A stretch of DNA of 64,000 nt from the human T2T-CHM13v2.0 reference genome, Homo sapiens. Within the stretch, counting starts at the first letter, position 1, and each line of letters opens with the position of its first letter. Shown here one piece after another: positions 1-10,713 of the stretch. The position numbers were made by a program, and so were the translations under genes. The stretch is taken from assembly GCF_009914755.1 (NCBI RefSeq), contig NC_060927.1; one strand, 5' to 3'. The notes beneath the pieces were generated by a model. That model made no database searches. It had not been told where the DNA came from and saw only the letters and a list, made by a program, of their open reading frames with translations.

Positions 1-202
1 ACTTTACCCCTCTGGATTTCTGTTTCCTGTCTTGTTAAAGTATTTCTCATTTCTTCTAATCCCAAATTGTTTGCTTCTAAGTTCAGTCCTATCATGGGAC
101 AGATCTCAAGTACTCTTTTTCTTAAAGTTTTTACATGTCTTTAAGCTGTTTTATCTCAAAACATGAGCTGCCTGCACGTTTCAGGCCTTGCAGAAAGAAA
201 GG

Positions 203-1130
203 TGTGATGCTAGAGATGGGACTAGAGAAGTCACCTCAAGTTTGATGACAGATCTTCTCATGTGATGCTAGAGATGGGACTGGAGAAGTCACCTCAAGTT
301 TGGTGACAGATCTTCTCATGTGATGCTAGAGATGGGACTGGAGAAGTCACCTCAAGTTTGATGACAGATCTTCTCATGTGATGCTAGAGATGGGACTGGA
401 GAAGTCACCTCAAGTTTGATGACAGATCTTCTCACGTGATGCTAGAGATGGGACTGGAGAAGTCACCTCAAGTTTGGTGACAGATCTTCTCATGTGATGC
501 TAGAGATGGGACTGGAGAAGTCACCTCAAGTTTGGTGACAGATCTTCTCATGTGATGCTAGAGATGGGACTGGAGAAGTCACCTCAAGTTTGGTGACAGA
601 TCTTCTCATGTGATGCTAGAGATGGGACTGGAGAAGTCACCTCAAGTTTGGTGACAGATCTTCTCATGTGATGCTAGAGATGGGACTAGGGAAGTCACCT
701 CAAGTTTGGTGACAGATCTTCTCATGTGATGCTAGAGATGGGACTAGGGAAGTCACCTCAAGTTTGGTGACAGATCTTCTCATGTGATGCTAGAGATGGG
801 ACTGGAGAAGTCACCTCAAGTTTGGTGACAGATCTTCTCATGTGATGCTAGAGATGGGACTAGAGAAGTCACCTCAAGATTGGTGACAGATCTTCTCATG
901 TGATGCTAGAGATGGGACTAGGGAAGTCACCTCAAGATTGGTGACAGATCTTCTCATGTGATGCTAGAGATGGGACTAGAGAAGTCACCTCAAGATTGGT
1001 GACAGATCTTCTCATGTGATGCTAGAGATGGGACTAGAGAAGTCACCTCAAGATTGGTGACAGATCTTCTCATGTGATGCTAGAGATGGGACTAGAGAAG
1101 TCACCTCAAGTTTGGTGACAGATCTTCTCA
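203..1130. repeat. Minisatellite/VNTR, 16 head-to-tail copies of a 58-bp unit
   Basis: Unit TGTGATGCTAGAGATGGGACT(A/G)G(A/G)GAAGTCACCTCAAG(T/A)TTG(G/A)TGACAGATCTTCTCA starts at 203, 261, 319 and so on to 1073. Period is exactly 58 with no spacers. Confidence 0.97.
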
Positions 1131-1244
1131 TGACATGAGAAGCATGTCTGGCTATGAGAGCGTTCTTCCTGGGACAGCTTTCAGCACATCTTTCAGTTCA
1201 GTTCATAACTCAATGAATGCCCTATCCAAAGACATCTTTCATCT

Positions 1245-1551
1245 GGCTGGGCACGGAGGCTCACGCCTATAATCCCAGCACTTTGGGAGGCCAAGGCAGG
1301 TGGATCACTTGAGGTCAGGGGTTCAAAACCAGCCTGACAAACATGGTGAAACCCTGTCTCTACTAAAAATACAAAAATTAGCTGGATGTGGTGGTGAGCG
1401 ACTGTAATCCCAGCTACTCAGGAGCCTGAGGCAGGAGAATCCCTTGAACCTGGGAGGCAGAGGTTGCATTGAGCCAAGATTGCACCACTGCACTCCAGCC
1501 TGGGTGAAAAAGCTAGATTCCGTCTCAAAAAAAAAAAAAAAAAAAAAAAAA
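1245..1551 (+). mobile_element. Alu (AluS-like), full length
   Basis: Dimeric Alu consensus with poly(A) tail. Degenerate target-site duplication AAAGACATCTTTCATC / AAAGACGTTTTTCATC. Confidence 0.95.
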
Positions 1552-1689
1552 GACGTTTTTCATCAAAAGACTTTCTCAGAGAAGGCCAAAGATAGTCATA
1601 GCAGTTCTTCCCTACTGCCATATCCAAACAAGTAATCAAAGTCTATTGAAGGAAATCCAATCATTCCCAAAGTCTACTGAAGGAAATCC

Positions 1690-1922
1690 AGTATCCATGG
1701 GGTATTTGTTCCAGGACCCCTCACAGATATGTACATTCTCCCATGTAATTTAAATCATCTCTGGATTACTTATAATACCTAAGTATTATAGTAAATAGTT
1801 GTTATATGCTATTGTTTTTATTTGTATTATTTTTTATTGCTATACTTTTTAACTAAGTATTTTCAATCCATAGTTGGTTGAATCATGGATGTAGAACCCA
1901 CAGATTTGGAAGGATGGCTGTA
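1690..1922 (+). mobile_element. MER2-family (TcMar-Tigger) relic with internal deletion
   Basis: GTATCCATGGGG..TTCCAGGACCCC, TTTAAATCATCTCTGGATTACTTATAATACCTAA and GTTGGTTGAATC..GGCTG-TA match the MER2 consensus as recalled. Confidence 0.75.
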
Positions 1923-2720
1923 TAGGTATATGAGTTTCAATTTTCTGCATCCTCCTCCAGGCCCTGATACTAGGCTGCCTTGGTTTTTCCACTATGGGAC
2001 CCAGGCTGAATTTCCCTCCAAACTCCCTTCAAAATGCTTTTGCTCTCTTCTGAGTTCATTTATAAGGTCACTTAGCATGACCTCTCAGCATCTTTAGAAC
2101 TAAAAAGCTTCTTAACTGTCTTTCAGGTTAACCCAAATTTGTTACCCCTCTACAGGAAATGTGTATTTTGTAATAGAGGTTCTGGAGATGTCATGTCCTA
2201 TGGTGGGATTTTTGAGACATTTTTCCCCAGGGGAGGAAAAAGATGACATTCATTTATGGCCTGTAAACCATACAACATAGGCAACTTCCTCCTTTGTCTC
2301 TGCTTGAGGCTCCTTACTATGGGACAAGTACAGATGGTCGGATAAGTCAAGTATCTTCTCCAAACCTCATTTCCTGTTCTACCTAATTTATAGTTATTGT
2401 GAGATTATAACAATATAATGTGTAAAAACACTGAAACTCCAAAGATACTAGACTGTCTTACTTTCTTACTTTACCTACTATTCCTAGGTAATGTCATCAA
2501 CTCCCATAAAAAGATTCCAAAATCTGTATCTCCAGTCATCATGTCTCCCAGGTTTCAGACACAGGACTGTCACTGCCTCCTGGATTTCTCTTAGATGTCT
2601 CAGAGGCATTAAACTTCTAATGAAAAATGTCATATGTGTAGGCTTCTATAGGCTGAAGGTCCTCAGAGAATAATTCCTGAATAATTAATTTACTGAGTCT
2701 TTTCTTCCATGATTCACTAG

Positions 2721-2870
2721 GTGTGTAGTGTCCTGGAGAGCTTAGAGCAAGAATACCGGAGAGATGAGGACTGGTGTGGTGGACGAGATAAGCTGGGGCC
2801 AGCAGCAGAGATCGACCATGTCATTCCCCTCATCAGCAAACATTTGGAACAAAAGGAGGCCTTTCTTAAG
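2721..2870 (+). CDS. KALRN: KALRN exon A (150 nt, phase 0-0), spectrin-like repeat region
   Basis: Acceptor ttcactag|GTG and donor AAG|gtcaga. Encodes VCSVLESLEQEYRRDEDWCGGRDKLGPAAEIDHVIPLISKHLEQKEAFLK. Confidence 0.95.
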
Positions 2871-2930
2871 GTCAGAGCACATTGTCATGCAAGGGCTCAG
2901 ACTCCTGGCCTTGGCCGCCTTGTTCTTTCA

Positions 2931-2954
2931 TCCTCTTTCTCTTTCTCTTTTCTT

Positions 2955-3000
<46 letters not shown>

Positions 3001-3020
3001 CTCCTCCTCCTTCTTCTCCT

Positions 3021-3064
<44 letters not shown>
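2931..3064. repeat. Compound pyrimidine-rich (TC/TTTC/CCT)n tract plus (CA)n microsatellite, about 60 nt downstream of exon A
   Basis: About 100 nt of pure pyrimidine followed by about 16 CA units. Confidence 0.95.
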
Positions 3065-3067
<3 letters not shown>

Positions 3068-5369
3068 GCTTCAAACATGCTTCCCAGCCCCTCTTTTTTT
3101 CTAACCTCTTCCCTAAAGGGGTAAGGGAATGTAATGAAGATGTTGACTGGTTAATTTCAAAGGGTGAAAGGTTACATTTCCAACATTTATTTCTCTCTTG
3201 CACTTTTTGTATAGTTAGGCGATCAGGATACACTGTTACTACTACTGCAATCTTCAGATATCCCAGTATCCCGTGGATGTTGTTAACTGAGAAAAAGACA
3301 TGCTTTCATTCAGTTGTGTTTGGCTAATTAAATTATTTTTTGATAGTAATATCAAAAACATATAAGCTTAGATATAAAACATGATTAAAATATTTTATAA
3401 ATGGAAGATGCAAAAATTAGGGTAAGAATTAAAGAAATGAATTTGGATGCCCTATTTATTTATCAATCTAGCAATTACCAATTACCAACACACATGACAC
3501 TGTTCATTCTTCTGTATTAAGAGAGAAATGCCTTATTCCTAATATTCTGCTAGAGCCCTGCCTTCTGAGGGAGGAAGCACAGGCCTGCTCTGCACAGACT
3601 GTCAGCTGGTGTGGGAAGTCCTTGTGAGCCTCCTTCCCCAGCCTTTGATCTTCTCCTCTGATCGCCTCTCTTCTGTGTTCAAGCTCATCTAAAGGCTGCA
3701 TTTGCTCTCAGATTTCTTGCTTTCATGTTCTGCTTCCTCTCAGGTTTCTGGGAATAGAAGAGACAATTTTTATACCCTGACATGTTGCCATTGATTTTAT
3801 TCAATTCTGTAATTAACTGCCTTTCTTTTATTAGGGATTTTCTCTACTTGACTACCACCTTGAGCTTAATTTTTATTTTTTTTAAGCTGGCCTCTCCCTG
3901 CCCTCCTCCTATCTATCTGGTATCCGCACCTATATGGGTCAGAACCTCTAGTAATCAGCTCTTACTAGTAAGACTAAATAGAAATTCTTCTGTGCAGAGC
4001 TTATGATGATTTTTTAAAGTTTTCCCTATTACAAAGCAAATTTTAAAATGGAACAATTTAAGTAGAGCATATAAAAATCTCAAACAGAAGTGTAAATATA
4101 TTTCTTCATAAAATTAAAAGAAAATGTTTCTATTGAAGAAAGAAATAGAAAACCCTCTGGTCTGATGTTTTCCATATGTCCCTGAAACCATAGTGAGAAG
4201 CTCCCTGTCACTGTGGGAATGATATGCCCAGTAAATAGAATATTGAGCTCTTTATTTATATTCATTAGTTGATCCACTTGAAACTCCTTAAGCTGAGACC
4301 ACCATCAAGCTGTTTTATTCAGGAGCCTCTGTGTTCATGGACACACCAGCAGGCGTTTGTGTACCAGATATTCCAGATGCCTTTGTTGCTAATTTTTTTA
4401 TATAACCAGAAAATTATAAAATTTTATAATTGTTTCTATTAATTATATAATAATTTTTAATTATATTATTTGTAGGATCAGAGGGAAAGTATAAGATTCT
4501 AAAATTTTACATTTCAGGGTGTGTAGAAGAAAAAAATTTCAAAGAAAAATGAAATAAAATTTCAGTTTATCTAGAGATAATTTAATTCTGAAAACTATGG
4601 ATTAAAAATTAGTATGCTAGTATTTATTACTTTACAACCAGAAAAAAAACCTGCTTTGTAGAGAAATACAGAAAGTACTAGGCTTGAGAGGAACAAGAAA
4701 TACTGTCAGTCATCCTAGATCCTAGATCTGTGTTGCTTCCTGGCTCCTGCCCTTTCTGGGCACCAGTCTTGTCCATCAGCACAGCAAGGAGAATGTGATC
4801 AGCCCTCTCTCTGCCACCCACAGCTAATATGAGTCGTAAAGGGGGTAGGTAATATAACAGCTGTTAGTCCTTTATGTAGACTGGCATTCTTCAACAATAG
4901 AATGCTTATTAGTGATATTTAGATGAGGGGGACTTCATGGGCAAATAAGTCTGAAAAATGTTTGTAATTTCCATTTAGATTTGGAATGTAGGGTTAATAG
5001 ATGTGTTTACCAAATTTACTTGCTCAAGTCTAAGTCACACTGATTTTCAAGTGGGTTTATGTTTCCTGAGCTTACACCAGTGGTCACGTAAGAGGCATTC
5101 TGGTGGCTGAGGAAAAGTAGGCTGAGAGTGAATGTTAGTAATGCCTGATCAACATAGAAGGAGACGAGAGGTGGCTCATTTCTGATTTTTATCTGAGATG
5201 GAATGGGCAGAGACACAAGGAGTAATTCTTCACTTGAAAAAAGGAAAGCTCAGAAGGGTGAGCTCCATAAATTGGAATTGGAGTCTCCATGAACCAGTGG
5301 TGACTTCCAGAGCTCTGCTCCTTCTAGATTCCTTCAGAGTTCTTGAGCCTCCTAAAAAGTATAAGGAGG

Positions 5370-5683
<314 letters not shown>

Positions 5684-5771
5684 TATGGAAGGAAGGAGGG
5701 TATGCCTTCTCCATTGTCTTGGATTCCATACACCTGCTGGGACAGGGGCCTCACAGCTTTGTCTTTCGCAG

Positions 5772-5886
5772 GCCTGCACCCTGGCTCGGCGGAATGCTGA
5801 GGTGTTTCTCAAGTACATCCACAGGAACAACGTCAGCATGCCCAGTGTCGCCAGCCACACTCGGGGACCCGAGCAACAAGTGAAAG
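5772..5886 (+). CDS. KALRN: KALRN exon B (115 nt, phase 0-1)
   Basis: Acceptor ctttcgcag|GCC and donor AAG|gtcagt. Encodes ACTLARRNAEVFLKYIHRNNVSMPSVASHTRGPEQQVK. The final G joins CC of exon C to give Ala. Confidence 0.95.
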
Positions 5887-6129
5887 GTCAGTGAGAGACC
5901 TGCCCAGCCACCAGTCACTTCAGCGACAGCCCCTCCCTGAAATATACCATGTACCCAGTTTTCACACAATCTCAAATTTCCTGCTGCTTCTCCTTAGAAA
6001 TGAAAATGTATGATGTGGGATGGTGTGGGCAGTAATGATTCATGGTCAATTTTTAAACACGCATCAAGATCTGGAAGGCAAAAACAAGGATAAAATTTCC
6101 CCAAGTATTTTCATTTATCTTAGAGTCTG

Positions 6130-6310
6130 GACAGCACTGCCTAGTGGAATTTTCTGAAATAATGGAAATTGCCTGTATCTACGCTGTGCAATACAGCAGC
6201 TACTGAGCTAGTGCAACTAAGGAACTAAATTTTAACTTGTATTTAATATTAACTAATTTAAATGTAAATTACTGATTTTGATTCCTGGTTAATATATTGA
6301 ACAGCACAAG
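6130..6310. mobile_element. MER3 (hAT-Charlie) relic, degraded
   Basis: Similar to the better preserved copy at 27291-27508 (AATGGAAAT..TATCT..GCTGTGCAATACAG..GGAACTAAATTTT). Confidence 0.6.
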
Positions 6311-6451
6311 ACTAGGGTGTCTTATAGCCTAGGAACAGAATGTGGACTGAGAATCCTAAAACCAAATGCTGACCCTGGATTTGTCACTGATTGATTAAGC
6401 CTTTTAAAACTTTAGTTTCTTATTTAAAATGAGGGGAGCATCTAGACTCTT

Positions 6452-6935
6452 GCTCCTCAAATTGTAGTTCCCAGACCAGCCACAATGACATCCCTAGGAG
6501 AGTGTATGAAATATAGAATCTCAGGCCACACCCAAACCGACTGAGTCAGAAACTGCATTTTGGCACTTTGGGAGGCTGAGATGGGAGGGTTGCTTGAGGC
6601 CAGGAGTTCAAGACCAGCCTGGGCAACATATTGAGACCCCATCTCTACAAAAAATTAAAAAATTAGCCTGGTATGGTGGCGTGCCTATAGCTCTAGTTAT
6701 TCAGGAGGCCGAGATGGAAGGCTCATTTGAGCCCAAGAGCTGGAGGCTGCAGTGAGCCATGTTTGCACCATTGTACTCCAGCCTGGGCAATAGAGTGAGA
6801 CGCTGTCTCAAAAAAAGAAAAAAGAAAAGAAAAAAAAGAAAAAAAGAACAAAGAACCTGCATTTTGGCAAAACTGCCCAATTCTACCAACCAGGTAATTT
6901 GTGTGTTCATAAAATTTAGATAAGTGCTATTCTAC
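6452..6935. mobile_element. MER5A-like relic split by a 5'-truncated + strand Alu (about 6563-6851)
   Basis: MER5A motifs AGAATCTCAGGCCACACCC..CTGAGTCAGAAACTGCATTTT resume after the Alu tail. Target-site duplication AGAAACTGCATTTTGGCA (6548-6565) / AGAACCTGCATTTTGGCA (6852-6869). Confidence 0.85.
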
Positions 6936-7869
6936 ATAATCTTTAATATCTCCGAATTCTAGAAAGTCTATGATAATAAATATATAACTTTTAAAAATTG
7001 CCTATTATCTGACCATGTGAAACTTAAATCATTATCTGTGGAATTATTCTGACCATGCAGAAATTAGCCTTTGAGTGAGTGAAGAGTTTAACAAATGTCA
7101 TCTTGCCAAGGCAGAGAAATATAACTCTGGAGTCCGAGGCTAGGAATGGAACCCAAGCCGACTTGGAGTGAGGAGTGGGGTATGGGCTTGGAGACACCAT
7201 GGACAGGGTAGGGTGCGTGGTCTGCTTAAGAAGAGCTTCCCTCTTTGCTCAGATAGCTCAAGAGTTGGAGAGAACAGAGACCACTGGAAAGAATGGAATC
7301 AAAGTTCCCTACAGAGAGGAGGGAGCAGAGTTTCTCTTCCAAATGTGCTATTCTATTTGTGGTCAGGGGACCTGTGGGGAGCTGGTATTATGTCACTTCT
7401 TCCAGCACATTTGAAAGCATATGTTCTGGCTTCCAAATGTAGATGGGAGCTTGGGTGAGGCCAGCTGCCTACTGAGAGACCACATATCCCACCTACACCT
7501 CTGCGTGCTGAAGAATAACAGGCACCCAGAGACAGTGGGAAATGCCTACATCTTCTTGGAGGCAAGACCAAGTTGTTGCCCATGTAAAAGCTTTCAGGAA
7601 GAGGGGGGAAAATAATCCTGAAACTCTTTATGATTTCTGCCAGATCTGGGTTGATTCCCTCAGTCACACCATAGAGGGAGGGAGCTTCAATGAGCAAAAC
7701 TCTGGCTAGGGAACATAAAGACTAAAAGAAATGGGTTTCTACTCCTTCCTTGCCCAATTGAAGCTTCCACCTGAGCAGGGACCTACAATCCCTTATATAT
7801 CAGTTTCCTTTTCACCTACTACCTAGACTCAAAGCCAGTGCCATATATTTTTGGCTTTTTTATGCTGCT

Positions 7870-8335
7870 GGTTGTTATATGGCTGCATAACAACCAAGAA
7901 ATTCAATGATATCCAACTGTAAACATATGTTGTTGAAGTGGCTGTGCATTGGCTGAGGAGCAGCATCTCAACTGGGCTCAGCAGTGCAGTTGTGCTTCAG
8001 TCTGCAAGTCTAGCTAGCTTGGCTCCTTCACTCCAGGTAAGAGCTTGTTTGCTCCACGTGTATTTATTCTGGGACCTGGGTCGAAGGGGCAGCAGTTACC
8101 CAGGAGAATTTCCTATAGTGGTGATAGCAGAGGTACAAGGAACAAAGTCAAGTCTGCAAGTACATTTCAAGGCCCTGCTTGTGTTTTATCTGTTAACAAC
8201 TCATTTGCTAAAGCAAGTTATGTAGCTAAGCCAGAGATCAGTTGGGGAGTGAGCAACTGTACTTGCCTCTTTGGGAAGGAATGAAAAAGTTACATGATAA
8301 AGGCTTAGATACAGGGAAGGGTGAATGATTGGACC
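7870..8335. mobile_element. Old MaLR LTR (MLT1-like) relic
   Basis: GGCTGCATAACAACC start and CATTTGCTAAAGCAAGTTATGTAGCTAAGCC resemble MLT1 LTRs. Subfamily uncertain. Confidence 0.5.
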
Positions 8336-8342
8336 CAAAAAA

Positions 8343-8683
8343 GGCTGAGCACGGTGGCTCGCGCCTGTAATCCTAGCACTTTGGGAGACCGAGGAAGGAG
8401 GATCACTTGAGCTCAGAAGTTTGAGACCAGCCTGGGCAACATAGTGAGACCCCCATCTCTACAAAAAAAAAAAAATGTTTACAAATTGACTGGGTGTGGT
8501 GGCGTGTGCCTATAGTCTCAGCTACTCAGGTGGCTGAAGTGGGAGGATCACTTGAGCCTGGGAGGTTGAGGCTGCAATGAGCTATGACTGCACTCCATCT
8601 TGGGTGACAGAGCAAGACCCTGTCAAAAAAAAAAAAAAAAGAACAAGAAAAAGAAAGAAAGAAAGAGAGAGAAAGAAAAAAAA
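8343..8683 (+). mobile_element. Alu (AluJ-like) with A/GAAA-rich tail
   Basis: Dimeric Alu consensus with a small deletion in the right arm. Confidence 0.93.
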
Positions 8684-8879
8684 GCACTTAGCCTAAAAGA
8701 TGAAAAACAGATTCTGTCCTCAGAAAGCCAAACTTGGCTGGGGAGGTGAGAATGAAGGAGTATGAAAAGTACATAAAATCAACAAAAACTTCTCAGTGCA
8801 AGCACTTCACTTTGGGTTGTACCATCTTCGTAAAGCATAGAAAGTTGTACTTTATAGTCTTAGTAATATGGGAGACCAA

Positions 8880-9115
8880 GGTGACTAACAACTCAGGCTC
8901 TGAAGTCAGATTTGGCCCGAATCTGAACTCTGCCCTTTCCTATCTGAACAACCCTGAGCTAGTTACCTTCCCTACGCTTTCTCAAAAGCTTTCTCTAAAC
9001 CTCAGTTTTCTCATCTGTATAATGGAGATAATAATGGTGCATGCATTATGGGGTATTATAAAAATGAGTGTCTTCCACATACTGAGTATGTGATATTCAT
9101 ATGGTTATTATTGTA
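8880..9115 (+). mobile_element. MIR relic
   Basis: MIR core CCTCAGTTTTCTCATCTGTATAATGGAGATAATAAT. Confidence 0.7.
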
Positions 9116-9988
9116 TATTTTGTTAATATCTAATATGGCAACAGGAAGCAGGAAGAAGACATAATAAAATAAATTTGATTGCTTCCAGCATAGAACATAC
9201 TATTTAAAACGCTTAAGACATCTATCCACGTACCCAGCTATTCCTGAAACAACAGAAAATTTAGAGAGGGAAATAGCATGGACTGAATACCTAACCATGG
9301 CCCACTTGCTTTGCTATATGCCTTGTATATACACTCATTTAACACCACTTTTAGCTTTTCTTATGATCACATCCAAAACAACATGGGCCCAGAGACAACA
9401 GGAAGACATAATTCCAACACAGCTTCCCTATGACCACTATTTAGAAGTGTTTAGAGGCTGTGCCGTTAAAGTGCTGTGTGCACAACCTCTTGTGCAGGTC
9501 CAAGAACATTGCTCATGATGTGGGTTGTCAAGCCAGTGATACCAGCCCTCATTCCACTATAAATCTCCTGCCTCTCTTCTAATGAGTCCTTAAGAATGAC
9601 TGAGATTCCTGTCAAGGTCCACCCATGCTCATTAGACTCTGGGGGCCAATTGAATTAGTTGCTTCTTAAGATTTCTTAGAACCAAGGACTAATTTTGCTA
9701 TAAAGAGAATCGGGGTCATTTGTAAGTCACTGGTGTTATATTCTTCCCACCTTAGTTGATGGAACTCTCATCAATGGGCTCTCCCCCTAGACTCCTCGAC
9801 CTTGCTCGTTTCTAGGAAATCCTTTCTGTATCCAGCTTTTGCTCCCTTTCTTCTGATGCTGGATTAGTCTCATGGGGATGCTTGAAATCACAGTCATGGT
9901 CACCTGGCACCTGGGCCGTGGGGCTGAAGGGGTTGGTTGGATTTGCTCAGAGCCCCTTGTGACCATCATGCATCTCCTCTGCCCACAG

Positions 9989-10104
9989 CCATCCTGAGTG
10001 AGCTCCTGCAGAGGGAGAATCGCGTGCTGCATTTCTGGACCTTGAAGAAGCGGCGGTTAGACCAATGCCAGCAATATGTGGTGTTCGAGCGCAGCGCTAA
10101 GCAG
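9989..10104 (+). CDS. KALRN: KALRN exon C (116 nt, phase 1-0)
   Basis: Acceptor cccacag|CC and donor CAG|gttgtc. Encodes (A)ILSELLQRENRVLHFWTLKKRRLDQCQQYVVFERSAKQ. Confidence 0.95.
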
Positions 10105-10590
10105 GTTGTCCAAAGCTTTCCCTGGCACTATCTCAGTTCTGGGGAGCATACAGAGGCCCATCACCAAGGCTTAGTCCAGAAGAGGGCCACAGCAGCAGAT
10201 TGGGGATGGGAGTGGGGAATAAAGAAGAAAGAAAGCAGGTTGTCACCTGTCAGCAGTTCAGCATTTACCAAGCTCTATGTTTTGAGTTTGGTACCAGGAG
10301 ATGTGAGGAAATGCTAGGTCACCCACTATGCCCCTAATTCGTGGATGATATTAGGCCTGGCCTAGAAGAGTCCTCAGTCTACTGGGGGAGACCCTCTCTT
10401 TGCTGGTAAATGTTCCAAAGCAAGGGAGGGCTCATTCATAAAAAAAAACTCCAGAGCTACATACCAATCAAATTGTCAGTGTTTCCTGGGTCCATTAAGT
10501 TGTCCCAACAATAACCTTCATTGTAGTATGGCATGTTTTCCTACTGACAGCTGCCTTTTTGGGGACTGGATGAGTTGTTTCCTCCCATAG

Positions 10591-10713
10591 GCGCTTGACT
10601 GGATCCAAGAAACAGGTGAATTTTACCTCTCAACACATACCTCCACTGGAGAGACCACAGAGGAGACTCAGGAACTGCTGAAAGAATATGGGGAATTCAG
10701 GGTGCCTGCCAAG
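10591..10713 (+). CDS. KALRN: KALRN exon D (123 nt, phase 0-0), spectrin-like repeat
   Basis: Acceptor ctcccatag|GCG and donor AAG|gtagga. Translated by hand (absent from the ORF track) as ALDWIQETGEFYLSTHTSTGETTEETQELLKEYGEFRVPAK. Confidence 0.95.

Noticed and set aside
203-1130. Regular array of hairpin-containing repeats resembling a CRISPR array
   Set aside because: The units abut directly with no unique spacers, there are no cas genes, and the context is a primate intron. It is a minisatellite.
2461-2493. Pyrimidine tract plus TAG|GTAATG, and a similar CAG|GTAAGA at 8034-8042
   Set aside because: These are AG|GT juxtapositions like the 37104 site but with weaker donors. One is close to an exon and the other is inside an LTR relic in a 4-kb intron. 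They show that such motifs arise by chance.
2764-3327. 187-aa ORF and overlapping ORFs on both strands
   Set aside because: Their length comes from the stop-free (TC)n/(CA)n tract, and they overlap exon A in other frames.
4412-4431. Perfect 20-bp palindrome AATTATAAAATTTTATAATT
   Set aside because: All A/T inside a low-complexity AT-rich patch, so not distinguishable from chance.
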